From NCBI RefSeq assembly GCF_964204645.1, contig NC_134034.1, positions 6,980,914 through 7,044,913 on the forward strand: 64,000 bases of DNA, written 5' to 3'. A program made the translations under genes and the position numbers. Of the stretch, positions 1 to 13,100 are shown piece after piece. The notes below the pieces were generated by a model. The model did not search any database, was not told the origin of the DNA, and saw nothing but the letters and a program-made list of their open reading frames with translations. Every line of letters starts with the position of its first letter. Positions within the stretch are counted from its first letter, which is position 1. The DNA is from Tubulanus polymorphus. Taxonomy: Eukaryota > Animalia > Nemertea.

Positions 1-324
1 AATATATATAATTATTTCATTACATTTAATGTTATGAATCTACATTACTTTACTAACACTTTACTCACACTTTTATAACTAATATATATAATCATTTTTG
101 GTGAACCATAGGTTTGCCTATGCAAACGGTCTGATGAAGCAGTTTTCATTGAAAATGAATAGAGTACCGGTGTGTCAACAAGGCACAAACATTGGCTGTT
201 GAACCAATTGTGTTGATTTTTGGTTTCATGCTTTGGCTTAATGAGTTCTCGAGCCCACAAAAATTTCATAGTGATCGAGTTATTTTTAGGAGACTTATTC
301 TTGAAAAACACGCAAAAACCCTGC

Positions 325-480
325 TTTTTGATGGGTTTCGTCGTCAGACGAACCCATCTATGGCATCGTCGTCATGTCTGTCTGTCTGTCTGTCCGTCTG
401 TGGATGTTTCTTTATGACACGATTTAAGCTGTTTGTGTGGACCGACAATTCTGTAATTTCACACAGGTATTCTCTACTTG
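325..480 (+). mobile_element. Helentron-associated (HINE/DINE-1-like) non-autonomous element end
   Basis: T-run, then hairpin gatgggtt-tcgtcgtcagacg-aacccatc (331-359), then a (TGTC)n/GTCC microsatellite: typical HINE terminal layout. Distal boundary approximate. Confidence 0.5.
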
Positions 481-1409
481 ATGTAGATGGTGCAGCGTGG
501 TTTATATTTGATTCCGATGGTTATAAGTGCTCTAATTTGGTTAAAAGATAATTAACGTTACTCGCTAGTTCAAGCCGCTGTATAGCGCGTTGCTACGACG
601 ACGCTCTATCAACATACTGGTACTCGCTGTGTAATACTGAACACGTATATACCTTTAGATATTGATCGTACTAGCACCAGTTTTAGATAGCGCGCGCGCT
701 GATCGGTCTTAACACTTCTCGGAACTGCTGTGCTAAATTCTGAGAGGCCGAATCTATGCGCAATCATTTATTGGGCTCGTCACATTTGATAGTGAATGGA
801 TAAATAACCGGTGTCAATGATGGTCGCTACTCCCCATCAGTATAACTCATCAGTATAAGATATAATTCTTTCGAGTTTTTTTTTTCAATCCCCGAAGTTG
901 TTGACCTCGCCGTTTTATAAGCTTACCGATGATTCTTCTAGTATTTTCAAAGTCACAAGACATGACGAAGTCGCAAAGTTTTGTACAAATTTCACGAAAC
1001 AAACAATTTTTTAGGCGGCACCTGATCTATTGATTAATTACGATAAATAATGTTTATTTCATTAAAAACTAGTTTTATTCAAACACTACTTTCATCGCAC
1101 ATAGCGTGATCGGTAGGCCCTACTATTCTACGGTGGGCCATGGACTCTTTCATGTGGTAGGCCTATTACAAATGATACAATCCGCGTGTCCGTGAATAAG
1201 TGACACGTGGTGGGGCGGGTTGTGAGGAGCATCGAAACTAATCCATCACAAATAATAGATAGAAAACAATACCTTAAGAGGTTAACTTTAATTAACATCA
1301 TTACCAAATCAAAACCTGCACATCCTATCATAAATAGAAATTCTAAGAATTTATTTCAAAGAATAATAAATTACGTCTAAATATTGGGATTCGAACTCGT
1401 AGCATCGAT

Positions 1410-2283
1410 TCAGGTGCCTTTCCCAAAGCGTTGGTTGTTTTTTGTTTTAATTGCTGCGATAATACCAGGAGTTATCCATGGTTTATGGAATGAGGGATTA
1501 GTATGATTAACTGGTACCAGAGGGAAAACTTGATTGAAAACTAAAGAAACTTTTTCAATGAAAGTAGTGTAAGCAACTGAGGGATTATCAGATGAATACA
1601 CTTCACTCCAGTTAATATTCATTAGTAATCTGTTGAAATTAGAAATATTGCGCTGCGAGAAAATTCTAGTTTTAAAAGGTTGTCTGTCAGATAGAGGCTG
1701 ATCACCACTGCAGATAGTAAATATTGGGTAATGATCCGGAAGGTCGGTCATAAAAATCCCAGATTTGTGAACATGTCGCAAATCGTTACAAAAAATATTG
1801 TCAATTAAGGATGTCGAGTCACAAGTTACTCGAGTTGGCTTGTCAATCAAAGGTGAAAAAGAATGAGAAAATAAAGATTCGAGAAATATTTCAGTATGTT
1901 TGTGCGTATCATATTTCATGAGATCTATATTAAAGTCCCCCACAAGGTAGCAAAGTTTGTTCTCGCGAATAATTTCTGCCGTTAAAACTTCAAATTCATC
2001 TTGAAAAATTGGTAATTTTCCTCCTGGAGGTCTATATATTACTCCAATAATAATATTGGATTTTTTATCTAAAACAATTTCGATGAATAAAGATTCGAAA
2101 GTATGATTCCTAGTTGATAAGTCTGTCCGTACTTTGAAATTGAAATTTTCCTTTAGGAAGAGAGCTACGCCGCCACCAAGTTGACCATTGGCGCGGGATT
2201 TAAAAATACTCGTGTAACCGTTAATTCTATACAAATTGGATTTAGAATTATTGGAATTAGTCCAAGTCTCGGTCATGATATTT
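1410..2283 (-). pseudogene. Non-LTR retrotransposon (CR1/L2-like) ORF2 AP-endonuclease fragment, truncated before the RT domain
   Basis: EEP/APE motifs TETW, GGGVALF, GVIYRPP, LVGDFNID, SLIDNIF, DLPDHYPIF, followed by linker KPWITPGI; no RT domain follows. Confidence 0.88.
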
Positions 2284-3508
2284 GAATGCCAAAATAAATG
2301 CCTGGTCAAATAAATTAATATTTGTGATTGTATGTCCGCGTATGTTCGGTTTCAAAGCTGAATCATATTTGACGTTTACACAGCATATTAGGTTCGAATC
2401 TGTCAATGCATTTATTCTATGTATCGATATTTCAATTTACTACAATTCCCATCATTCTGAATGGCTTTGCAGAAAACCCGTCATCGCTGCTTGGCAGCTA
2501 TATTCTATGATAAGTTTTCACTTTAAGATGCCCTGCCCGCCTCCTGCACACTCATGAGGCGATAGCAGCCCCTTACGCACTCGGCAGATAGACATGCTTT
2601 GTGATGCGCGCCGGGAAAAATAATTTGTTATTTTCAACACGTTGAACACGACAACAGTGATTAAATTTACACGTTGTTTGTCGTAAATTGCGAGTCGAGT
2701 CATGCTGACTCCTTACAGTGTGCGGGCAACACTTCAAAAGTCGTTCCGTCTTGAGTTAAATGAACAATCCAATAGGGTTAAAAACCAAGGTCTGAACGAC
2801 GTAAACAAACAAAAAGACAAAAAAGCTACAACGCCGACATTACTCTCTGTGCGAAGTTTTGATGCATACGTTTGTTTGATCCGGTCGATTATGCATCGAG
2901 AGTATTTTGCATTCAGAAAAATTGTTCTGTTTTTGTTTTCATTATTCAGCAATAGGGCCTAACAGTTCATGCAAGGAAAACCACAATCAGTCGAGATTAC
3001 CCTCACAGTTATACGTTAAATACGAATCTTGTGTAGGCGAAAGTGCCGAAATTGTATTAAATGGGTTTTTGTATACAAATCTTGATTGATATAAACCTCT
3101 TGGCTGGGACATGATGGAAAACATCAGAATAAAATAGTTTGTCTTTAACAAAAATGCATTAATGAGGTTTAACAATACAAATAGCGTTGGCTAAAGCGTT
3201 CGGCAGAAAAATGAAATTCATTCAATTCTTAAGTCTGTGGTCCTCCTAATCAACATCGCCATAGAACATTTTCCGATTTCTTCACATCACAGGATCACTG
3301 AGGCTACACTGTGGTGTTTTCATATATTTTGCGTATCTTATGTCATGTATGGATGTATTATTGCCATGATCAGTCACCGTGTAACCATATCAATGAAAAA
3401 GAAATCAATATTTTATTCCTATGTCTCTGTACAAGACGACAATTTAAGTCAGACAGTCACAGACACACAATGGATAGATTTTCTGAGGACAAAAATTCTT
3501 ACCTAAAA

Positions 3509-3703
3509 ATGAAACGAAAAGCCAATTTTACTTCGAGTGAGCGTGTTATTCTAACTGAAATGGTGAAGGCTAATGAAGATGTACTACTTTCAAAACTAAC
3601 AAACACTGTAATGAATATGAAGAAACAGAAAATCTGGGAGTCAATTGCCGCTCAAATGAATCGTCTAGGTATCTGCGAAAGGACTGTTAGTGATGTGAAA
3701 GAT
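3509..3703 (+). pseudogene. Myb/SANT-like DNA-binding ORF (Harbinger accessory gene), 3'-truncated
   Basis: MKRKANFTSSERVILTEMV...KKQKIWESIAAQMN...RTVSDVK matches the MSANTD/Myb_DNA-bind_5 pattern; convergent with a Harbinger transposase. Confidence 0.75.
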
Positions 3704-3719
3704 ACGGCTCTAACCAAAT

Positions 3720-4850
3720 CGGAATTTGTTGTTGTGGCTCATATTCCATGTCGGGTTTTCCAAATTCTATGGCTAGATTATGCAACACAAAGCATGCCGC
3801 AATTCGTGACCACAACATTCTGGTTTCAATTGCAGTTCACCATGAAGAACCTGAAAATTATGTATAGAAAAATTTGTATCCTATTTCTCTATAGTTGATT
3901 TGATTGTCTGATAGAGTCTGAATCAGTTAATCAACTGCAATCAATTGTTTATCCCAATGAAGTACGTATCCGTGTTTTTCAAGAATATAGAAAATCGCAA
4001 TTTAATCGATGCATCGTAAAAACCTAAAATAAATGTAGTTCTTGAATAGTGGAAGTTGAATTCTAGTCATAGTTGCTTCCCAGTTATTGGGTAATTTGAT
4101 AATTACCAAAAAACGTTTTTTTTTTATTTCCCAAAAGCCATTTCAATTTGTACTCTTGATGTATGCGCTCGGTTGTTACGCTCCTGTCCTAGATTACTTG
4201 ACCGCAAATATGGTGTCAATAGGTATGATGAGCAACCATAGCCACTATCACAATAAACATTGCTCAAACAGGAGCCTGTCCACTTCGCTACAACATTGAT
4301 AAATGTACCTATTTAAAAGAAAGTTGATTTACTGATAAACTCGATACTGACAGAATAAACCAACAAACAAGAAGCAAAACTTACCTGTATGGTCACATAC
4401 TGCCTGGGTATTTATTGGATGAAATCCTTTTCTACTGACTTTTTATTCTTTATTTTTCATTCTTTACTTTTTATGCATTTTTATTCTCTTGTGGGCCCTT
4501 GATACGAATCTCAAGCAATCAATTGCAGCAATACAATTAGGAAAACCTCCAAAATCGTAGAAACCTTGGCGTTTTAGATTTTTATCCTGATCTGCGGTCA
4601 GCCAGACTATAAATTCGTTACTTTTCCTGGCAAGCACCTCTGATACTCTATGGACACATTTCCAAACAGTTGATTTAACGAGACCAAATGTATACCCAGT
4701 GCTTCCTAATAACTACCCGTTGCGTAATATAGGAGAGCAACCTCCACTTGTAACTCAGTAGAAAGTGCTTTGGAACGTTGTGTATCATACGTTCTATCTT
4801 CCCGAATTAAATCTGTTATTCGTGTGATATTTTTGGTTCGAAGAATGAGA
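3720..4850 (-). pseudogene. PIF/Harbinger (HARBI1-like) DDE transposase, intron-containing and degraded
   Basis: Manual minus-strand translation gives RSKALSTELQVEVALLYYATGSY, FYDFGGFPNCIAAIDC, RKGFHPINTQAVCDHT|gtaag, DSGYGCSSYLLTPY, QIEMAFGK*, AACFVLHNLA, with frameshifts, deletions and stops. Confidence 0.82.
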
Positions 4851-6091
4851 ACCTAAGCTATCGTCAAGTTGCAGTCATGAAGTCACGTGACAGGATCGGA
4901 AGATTTTTTTTTTTCAGATTGAGTGATATGCCTCAATGAAATAGGTCCACATACGTAATTCGCTTGTCTTAAGAATATTATAATTATCATGATAGATATA
5001 TTCAAATACTCTGAATAATATCATTTTCTAAAATCATGCGTAATGAATGCCAATTAAGCGGTTGGTTAAAACAAATCATTACATCTACTTGCGGATTGGA
5101 TATTTCAAATAAATCTCTAATTTCTTCTGTTAATTCATTTTCTACATGTCTTGAGCTATAAAATTCAGTGCTTTTTGTAAGTTGCTCACATGAGTTGCGC
5201 ATGAGCATTTCTAAGAATTGCTTTCTGCTCATGCTGAGCACTGTAAGCGGGCAGAAAGCAATTCGCAAGTTGCACGAAAAATATTTGTTGCATGCGGGAT
5301 TCGAACCTATTTTCGTAACCTGGTTGCAATAAATCTTTATTGAATTGAATTTGTCAGTCTGAATACCAGTCGTTGTTACGGTTCCGTACAACGTCTAACG
5401 CTAAAGTATCATATAGAGGTTAACTCCTGTTAATTGCAATGCAACAACTGATTTTAGTGTCAAATCAAACCTTTGTACTAAAATAAATAAATTAGTTACC
5501 TTGTTGACTTTGAAAACGTGTTTTATAATAAATTTTTTGATGATTTAAATCGTGAACCGGGGAATTTATTGATTTGATTTGAATTAAATTGATTGCCACT
5601 ATCGGGATTTCCAATACGGAATAAATTAATAAAATGTGAAAATTCAATATGTCTCTCTAAAATTACTCTAAATGTTATTTTTTGTTGATAAAACGCATAA
5701 ATTTTGGTCAATTTTAACCTTAATAATTTGAAACTAGAATAATATCTGCATTGGCATCAAGTTTAAGTTCGAATCCGTAATTTACACTCCCATCATGCAC
5801 CACGAAAAGCCGCCATATTTGTTATGTTGCTTCACTTCAAGTGTTTTTTGAAGCGTTTAGTCAAAAGTTTTGAGCTACTACGATCGTCAAAAGCTACTTA
5901 GGATTACAAATTTATGCACAAACAATAGCTAACTTCCATCTGATTACAGAACAGTCATTTTGTGGTAAGTTGATGGTGTTTTAAGGGGTGAAACAGACGC
6001 TCAAAGCCTCGTCCGTCAAATTGAGGGACGAAAATTAACCTTATATGAGAACTTTCGCCCTAGACGTTGTTTCAGGAACAACGGCTAGGTA

Positions 6092-6639
6092 CTAATGTCT
6101 ATTTATTAATGGATGAGACCTGTTTTTCTGGGATATTTTGCTTACTTTTTGGGGTACATACCTCATTTATGTCTTAACAGAATGCCAAAAGTCGTGGACA
6201 ACAACTGAATATCCGATATATTTCCAGTTCTGTACCAATTAGATGGATTGGCAAAAAGACTCCTAAAGTCCAGTTGAATGAGAGAGAAAATCCTCCATTT
6301 TGTGAAATTTCTTGAATTTTTACATTGTCACCATGCCTACAAAATGAAGTTATTTTTCTTGTGGGGTCTCAACAACTAAATCAGGGTGGCGTAGGCATGG
6401 TAACAATGTTCAAATCCAAGAAATTTCACAAAATGGAGGATTTTCTCTCTCATTCAACTGGACTTAATGAGTCTTTTTGCCAATCCATCTAATCGGTACA
6501 GAACTGGAATAATATCGGATATTCAGTTGTTGTCCGCGATTTTTGGCATTCTGTTAAGACATAAATGAGGTATGTACCCCAAATAGTAAGCAAAATATCC
6601 CAGAAAAACAGGTCTCATCCATTGATAAATAGACATTAG
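6092..6639. mobile_element. Foldback/MITE-like long inverted repeat (~250-bp arms, ~50-bp spacer)
   Basis: 6092-6340 is a near-perfect reverse complement of 6391-6639 (ctaatgtctattta...gcctac / gtaggc...taaatagacattag). Confidence 0.85.
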
Positions 6640-7201
6640 ACTATATCCGAGCAGAAGCTTCGAAGTCGTTGCACTACTACTCACGCAGAAAGGTTTTATC
6701 CATAGATAGATTTTCTTAGAATGCCTCGGCGATCATACAATATGATCGCTGGCACCGGAGTCGGAGATAGTGCCGGTAATCCAAAACCAAAAAATGTACA
6801 CCAGTCGCAGTTCTCCAAAAAAACAGTCGGCAACTACAACATCAACGAACGACAAACACACCGTCGTCATCAAGCAGCGACGTAATCATTGCGACATCTC
6901 TCCAGTAAGTTATTTTTCATCGCGAATCCTTGCACAGCACAGCATTTTATATATAGGCCTAATGCCGTAATGGCCTTAATTACACTAGAAACTAGTTGCT
7001 GCTCATGTATACTTGCTCAAGTCAAGGCCATTTATGCACGCCGCTCATTTACCTGCTCAGGTATTTTAATTTTATGGGAGCTGCTCATGAAAGTTGCTCA
7101 GTGTCTACCCTAAAGATAAAAAATACATCTTACTTGTCTATAATGAAAAAATTTCCATGAAAATAATATGTTGATATGTGATTAAATGAAAGGTTTCACA
7201 T

Positions 7202-7314
7202 CACATGGACCTGACAAAAAAAAATTGGACCCCAGTATCCTAGGTACTATACGTCTTTTTATATATAGTACCTAGGATACTGGGGTCAAAATTTTTTCAC
7301 GTCATGTCCCTGTG
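7202..7314. mobile_element. 113-bp MITE with 8-bp target-site duplication
   Basis: Imperfect TIRs cacatggacctgac / gtcatgtccctgtg; internal palindrome gaccccagtatcctaggtactat...atagtacctaggatactggggtc; TSD TTTCACAT at 7194-7201 and 7315-7322. Confidence 0.85.
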
Positions 7315-7372
7315 TTTCACATCTATTGAAAAATGAATATATTTCTCATGTCCGTTCTCTATTTTCTTATAG

Positions 7373-9187
7373 GCATATTGACACCGTTCTTGCAGTTGAC
7401 TTGGAATTGGGTCTGCACGTGTATTATGTAGGTGAACTGAAGAAGACTCATCGCCATTGGAACGTAAACAGCCAAACGTATATTGTAGCCGATAGCAATG
7501 ATCAAGGAACTATTCTGAAAGATGTGCATGTTGTTTTGTATAGTTTACAGTTTTTCTGTGTTGGAGAGGGATTTAAAGTGTTAACATGTAGCTGTAAGAA
7601 TGCACTCCTCAGCAGAAATCAACTTCTTACTCAGCAAATATGGACACCTTAACCCGCTCAAAAATATAGTGTCCGCTTCAAATTCATTAAATTGTAAATC
7701 ATCCGAGACAAAATTCCTGCAAGCAATCAGTGCCAACGGTCCAGCATGTGCTCTTCTACAGACCAATGATTTGGATCGCGTCATAGATATGTTGGATCAC
7801 GCGCTGTCCGAGATAACTGAAACATTTGATATTAAGAATTCAGAGATACTTAATCAGCTACTGATAGATGCACCTATACTGATTGAGTTTATCAGTCAGA
7901 GTTTATCAGATGATAATCTGCATAATGACTACATTGATTTGATGAGAGAACTTCTGAAGAAAATACAAGCTTGTTTTAAGGTAATGAATTTTTAATGGAT
8001 GATAATTTCGAGAAAATGTGAGGAGTTTTTGTTACATCAAATACATATTTTAGATAATACCTGATGAGCTTATGGTCTGATTTACTTTTGATTGCAGTGC
8101 AACAAGGATCATATATACACACCAGCTCCATACGAAAATCTTTTCAAGAGTTTGTCACTAACCTAATTAATTGTCCGAGTTAACCTAAACACCACAGGTA
8201 ATGAATACTTTCTGTGATTAGGATGATTTATTGATTTAGTAATGGTATTATTAATGTAATTCAGTTCAACATGTTTTTCCATTTGTCAATGTGATATATA
8301 AGTGCAGATATGTTTATTCAGTGATGCAGCATATGTAATGGATGATAAGAAGGATAATGACATGTGCCGGGATGATGCCTGTAATAAGATGTCAAAACGC
8401 CACAGGGTTCTTACACCAGAGATTTTTACTGTGTTTTGTCCGCATGGAAGTTGCTATGGATTTCAGGTGAATATAGTCATTCAGTAGAATTATTTTTTTT
8501 AAAATCAATTACCTCTGTTAATTCGTTTGTACATTGTATTATAGGCCATGGAGTCTCATGAATCGCCACGATTTCCATTTTCAATATTTAAGACAAGATT
8601 CACCAGGCCACCGTCTATGATCGTGTATGATAATGCATGCAAGCTGCATCAATATGCTCTTAATAGGTAAGTATTTAGGCAATTGGCCCGTGCACTTATA
8701 TTTGACCATAGAAATATTAACCAAATTCATAGATAACGGATTACCTGTTATCAAGATACTAAAGAGCTCAGTCCCAAGTGGTAGTGATTAACCGAGGTTG
8801 ATTGTTATTGAAGTAAGTTCATTAATTATTCTAATTACAGAGAACCAGAATTTTTCAAGAACACTATATTTTGTGTGGACAGAATGCATTGGGTAAATCA
8901 TACAGGGTATGTATTATCTCGTGAATTATATCTTTCATCACCTCATCTACTTGTCATGTATATATGTATCTAATTTTTTTCCATTTTGTAGGTGTTGTGC
9001 TGGCTATAAACTAGACACTTACTGCAGCCATGTGGATCTTTCCAATATTAATTCACAAGTGAATGAACAAGCTAATTCAGGACTTATTCGCCTGAAAAGT
9101 CAACTTGCTTACATGAAGCCAGAAAACTTTTTTCGGCATGTAGTATTTCTGGTCCTTAAAAATCAGGATAAAAATGTAAAGTTGTAA
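7373..9187 (+). CDS. Multi-exon KDZ (Kyakuja-Dileera-Zisupton)-type transposase, probably 5'-incomplete or decayed
   Basis: GT-AG-bounded exons join to give CNKMSKRHRVLTPEIFTVFCPHGSCYGFQ|AMESHESPRFPFSIFKTRF..IVYDNACKLHQYALNR|EPEFFKNTIFCVDRMHWVNHT|GCCAGYKL...INSQVNEQANSGL..LAYM. The CxHG, ESP, YDxAC, DxxH and NSQxxEQ motifs are those of KDZ transposases. 5' exon boundaries approximate. Confidence 0.72.
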
Positions 9188-9721
9188 AAAAAATTTGAAT
9201 CTGAAATATGTATTGTATCATAACACATTTACCAGATTTCAATATGCCTACCTGAATTGTCCTGTATTTTGCCACAAATTTCTTTTTGTAAATAATATAA
9301 TTAGTTAAACATGGAATATTTTTGTAAACTCGAAATCGAATAAGACATTAGCTCAAAAGGAAACATTTCTGACTTATTCTTAATCATTGTGGGATTAGGC
9401 CATACAAAGAAATACCTTTGTTTCTCATCAGCCCTTTTTGGAAAAGTGACGGGCCTTAATCCAAATTCAAATAGTGAAAAAAAAACGAAAACATTTCTGC
9501 ATGAGGGATGCGCATTTTAATTTTTTACTGACAAACTTTTTTTGACACGCTCAGAAAATGAAACTGATCAAGCACAAGCAATATTTTTTTATGAATTGTC
9601 GCTGCAACATGAATACCGTAGAGTGTTTCTTCAAGATTATGTCTCTATGTTATCACTTGATGCATATTTGTCCACGGTATATTTGTTCTGCAGTGTTATA
9701 TTCTACAATGATTACACCATG

Positions 9722-10626
9722 CAGGGTCCCTACAGGTCCTTGATTCCTTGAAAACTCCTCTAAACCAAAAATGTTTTTCAAGGTCCTTGAATATCATTTA
9801 ATTGGAGCAAAATGCCCTAAAGTCCTTGAGAACTCCTTGAATTTTGAGAAATTGGCAATGAGAAAATGTTTAGGTTACAAGTGTTTTCCAAGATTAGGCC
9901 TAGTTAGTAGTCATAGGCCCTATACACACAGTCTTTCACCAGCTAATTGTAGTATGATTAATACATAGTGTCTGCTATGCTTCTCATTGTATCTCTTGGA
10001 CATAAGAACTATGTTCAGAATTGTTCAGCATTATTTAATTAAGACTGCCTGGTTGGGAAATTAGTACTGATTAGCGGGTCGGTTATTTTAATCAATCAGT
10101 ATTTTCAAGGGTTTAAAGTGTTGCTTCACTATTAGTTGAGACAGTAATTATGTATCACTTGAATATATCAGGCTTTATTCGGTACACATCTACACTATCA
10201 TATTCTTCAAAATGCCGCGTGGAAACTGTATTTAATGATAACTGGCTTCAGGATCCAGACCTTAAGGATTGGCTTCTGAAAACATATGATAAACGTTTTG
10301 CAAAATGTTCAATCTGCGAATTTTAAGTTCATTTCTGTACATCTTTGTTTACGTTTGTAATTGAACAGAAGAGATACACTACACCTAAATCGGTACTGTT
10401 GGAACTAGGATTTTTTCACTCAATTAGACAGTTAGAAATCAAGCGTAGTAGGGTAAAAGATAAAAATTTGCTTATACAACCACCAAATTACCGGTTTATC
10501 AAGATAAGCAGTACCGTTTTAGGACCGTAATTTGGATATGAAAATGATGCAGACACTCGTTCAAATTTGAAATTTTATCCTTCAGAAGTCCTTGAATTCT
10601 AGAATGATTGATCTGTAGGGACCCTG
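9722..10626. mobile_element. Non-autonomous hAT5-like element (905 bp)
   Basis: Perfect 14-bp TIRs CAGGGTCCCTACAG / CTGTAGGGACCCTG; 5-bp TSD CCATG (9717-9721, 10627-10631); subterminal TCCTTGAA repeats. Confidence 0.85.
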
Positions 10627-11957
10627 CCATGGTGTGTGTTTATATGCTGATAAGAAAAGAAAGCAAGCATTTGTAAGCAAGCAATAACTATATTGATCAA
10701 AAAGTTTCAAATACTCATATACATCGAATTTTGAATATTTACATGTCTGACAATTAAAATTTAACAATTCGTCGACATTTCCCTTCCATTTTCTTCCATT
10801 CCTCCATTCTTTTGGTAACCTTTCGGGCACGACTTTGGCAACATTCTGAGTGCTGTTGGACAAATCTCTAGTCACATCTGTTTGAAAAAGAAATGAAAAA
10901 TATGAGCAAACACATAAACTGCAAATTTCTTGTTTTCTTTCTGATTATCTCATCCCTCTTAAGGATATAATTTCAATTTACCTGCAGGAATACTGTCCGA
11001 ATGTGCATGGTTCTGAATATTGTCACAAATCATAGTAGTATTCGGAGTATGTAGCGAACCATCAGCTTGTTTCTCTTCACTATATCTATTTTCTATTTAA
11101 ATAACAGAATAATTACTGAATAGAACAATCATTCAAGGGAAGCTGTTTTGTGACGTTTTCATTATCAATTTAAAATCAAAATAAGACTTACCAGCACTTT
11201 CCGCCAGTAAGGATGAAAAATACAAGTCCATTAAATCACTTGCATTATTCACTGCCTCTATGATTTTAGAAACATCTGAAAATGGAAATAGGCACAAAAT
11301 TATCTACAAGCAAAAACCTACTGGCAAAAAATATCAAATATGAATCGGAAAAATAGAAACAATCTAAATTATTTTGAGAATGTAATATATACACAATAAT
11401 GGGTACATGAATTCACTAATAGCATCAATAATGCATATTACTTTTATACTTACTACCAATATCCAAGTTATCAATTTCAGTGGCTTCGGATGTCGAATTT
11501 AGAGGCAAAATATACGTCTCATTACTGGTGCTGGTTGGGAAGTCTTCAACTGAAGTATAAAAGTACAAAAAAGTATTAAACTATAATTGTAGAGGTTGTT
11601 ACGTAATAAACTATAGGTTGGCAAAACAGCCAGTTTCACTAAGTTACTGCAATATATGATTATCAAATAGATGTTATTTAATTTAAGCATATAATTTTTA
11701 TTACATACTTAACGGAGTAGCGGGGTCACTGGGGATTGCATATGTACTGTTAATATATGTATATGCAGCATCAACGGTTGTAGCAGAGGTGACATCATTG
11801 CTAAGACCATTCTCATCACCTGCATAAATAAGAAATGAAATAAGATTAAAATAATGTTTTGTGATGATGGTGGCCTGTCTGTTCAGGGAGGTTCCCTGTT
11901 TTTGTTGATGGTAATGGCCTGCAAGTTATCATAAATCATAAAATTTAATAGACTTAC

Positions 11958-12531
11958 CAGTAAGACTCAATACATTATGATATCTATATGCCGCAGTGAT
12001 TATTCTGCGACACACATTTGCTGCTGATTCTCCCTCATTTTCTGATGCATCTCTTTTTTCACATCTCGGATTTAGCCACTCGCAATCCACTGGCCACCAT
12101 GGTGTTCTTTTACTCTCATTTCCCCATCGAGGCAATTTTTCAGCTTTTGGATTGTCCATCAATTTGGATATTAACACCACAGTTGGAATTATCACCAACA
12201 AATCTGTCAGTGGTAATCGGGACAGTGGTTTCCCATAGTCGATCATTATGTCAGGTAACTTGAACTCCACTACTGGAGCAGTTATACATTCCCCTGGAGG
12301 TATTACCGTCACTGAAGTTAATCCATTGGCAATAGACTTGGCAATAATGTCCTTGTTCTCCTCGAACGCTGCGCGCATTAATGGCGATCCAACAATTCCT
12401 AGTGTTTTTGTTTGGTTATTTTATCTGTGTAAAAAAAAAACAGCTCCAGCATCCATGGATGTGTCCTTCACATACGAATTTACACCTTTTACAATGCGGT
12501 TAACTGCACGGTGCGTAGCGGTATCCATCAT
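11958..12531 (-). pseudogene. NRF1/EWG-like DNA-binding-domain gene, first exon (one in-frame TAA at 12421-12423; further small exons probably down to ~10800)
   Basis: From ATG 12531: RAVNRIVKGVNSY...GIVGSPLMRAAFEE...LPDIMID...PRWGNESKRTPWWPVDCEWLNPR...CRRIITAAYRYHN, resembling NRF1 KPGWGKESCKPIWWPEDIPWANVR...LRTIVKNCYKQH. Donor GTAAGT at 11957. Confidence 0.7.
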
Positions 12532-12919
12532 TGATAATTAAATATATACGTGTCCACGACAAAATAAGTTTTCCGACTGATATACCTCACTGAAGCAAGG
12601 CTTTTATACATATTATCATCTGATTGTTTAAAGTAAACTGTATACTAGTCAGTATACTAGTGTGGAGGCAAATTAATGAAATTTATATTTTAGGGTGACA
12701 TCAGTCTTAGGGCAATTAGGGGAAATTTGATAGGGACTTATGGCTAATTAGGGAGTGAGCTTTAAGAGTAAGTAAGTAGGCTAAATTAGTCTAAAGCAAA
12801 TTAGAGACATCTATATTTTAGAGTAAAATTAGTCTATACAACGTTATAGAAAGTTGAATAGTTGGTGTAGTTAAGTTTAAGATTTGGTAGCTTGATAGGC
12901 CTATTTAATCATTTTTAGA

Positions 12920-13100
12920 ATGTATGAGCAACTTGAAAAACTCTTTCAGTAGATGTGAGCAACTTTCAAAAACCCTACACTGGCTCACCTCAGTAAATGT
13001 GAGCAACTTTTAAAAACCCTACACTGGCTCACCTCAATAGATGAGAGCAACTTACAAAACCCAAAAAATGCTCACGAGCAACTGTATGAGCAAGTTACAA
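12920..13100 (+). repeat. Cluster of GAGCAACT motifs with a ~44-bp tandem duplication (candidate subterminal repeats)
   Basis: Six gagcaa(ct) motifs; inverted counterparts (ttgctc/agttgctca) cluster at ~6994-7100. Confidence 0.55.

Noticed and set aside
1380-1410. tRNA gene (GGGATTCGAAC B-box; also ~5296 and ~45507)
   Set aside because: Only an isolated B-box-like word without a cloverleaf; at most SINE debris.
3311-3898. 195-aa ORF as an intact gene
   Set aside because: Chimera of a truncated Myb domain and the antisense of the Harbinger transposase 3' end.
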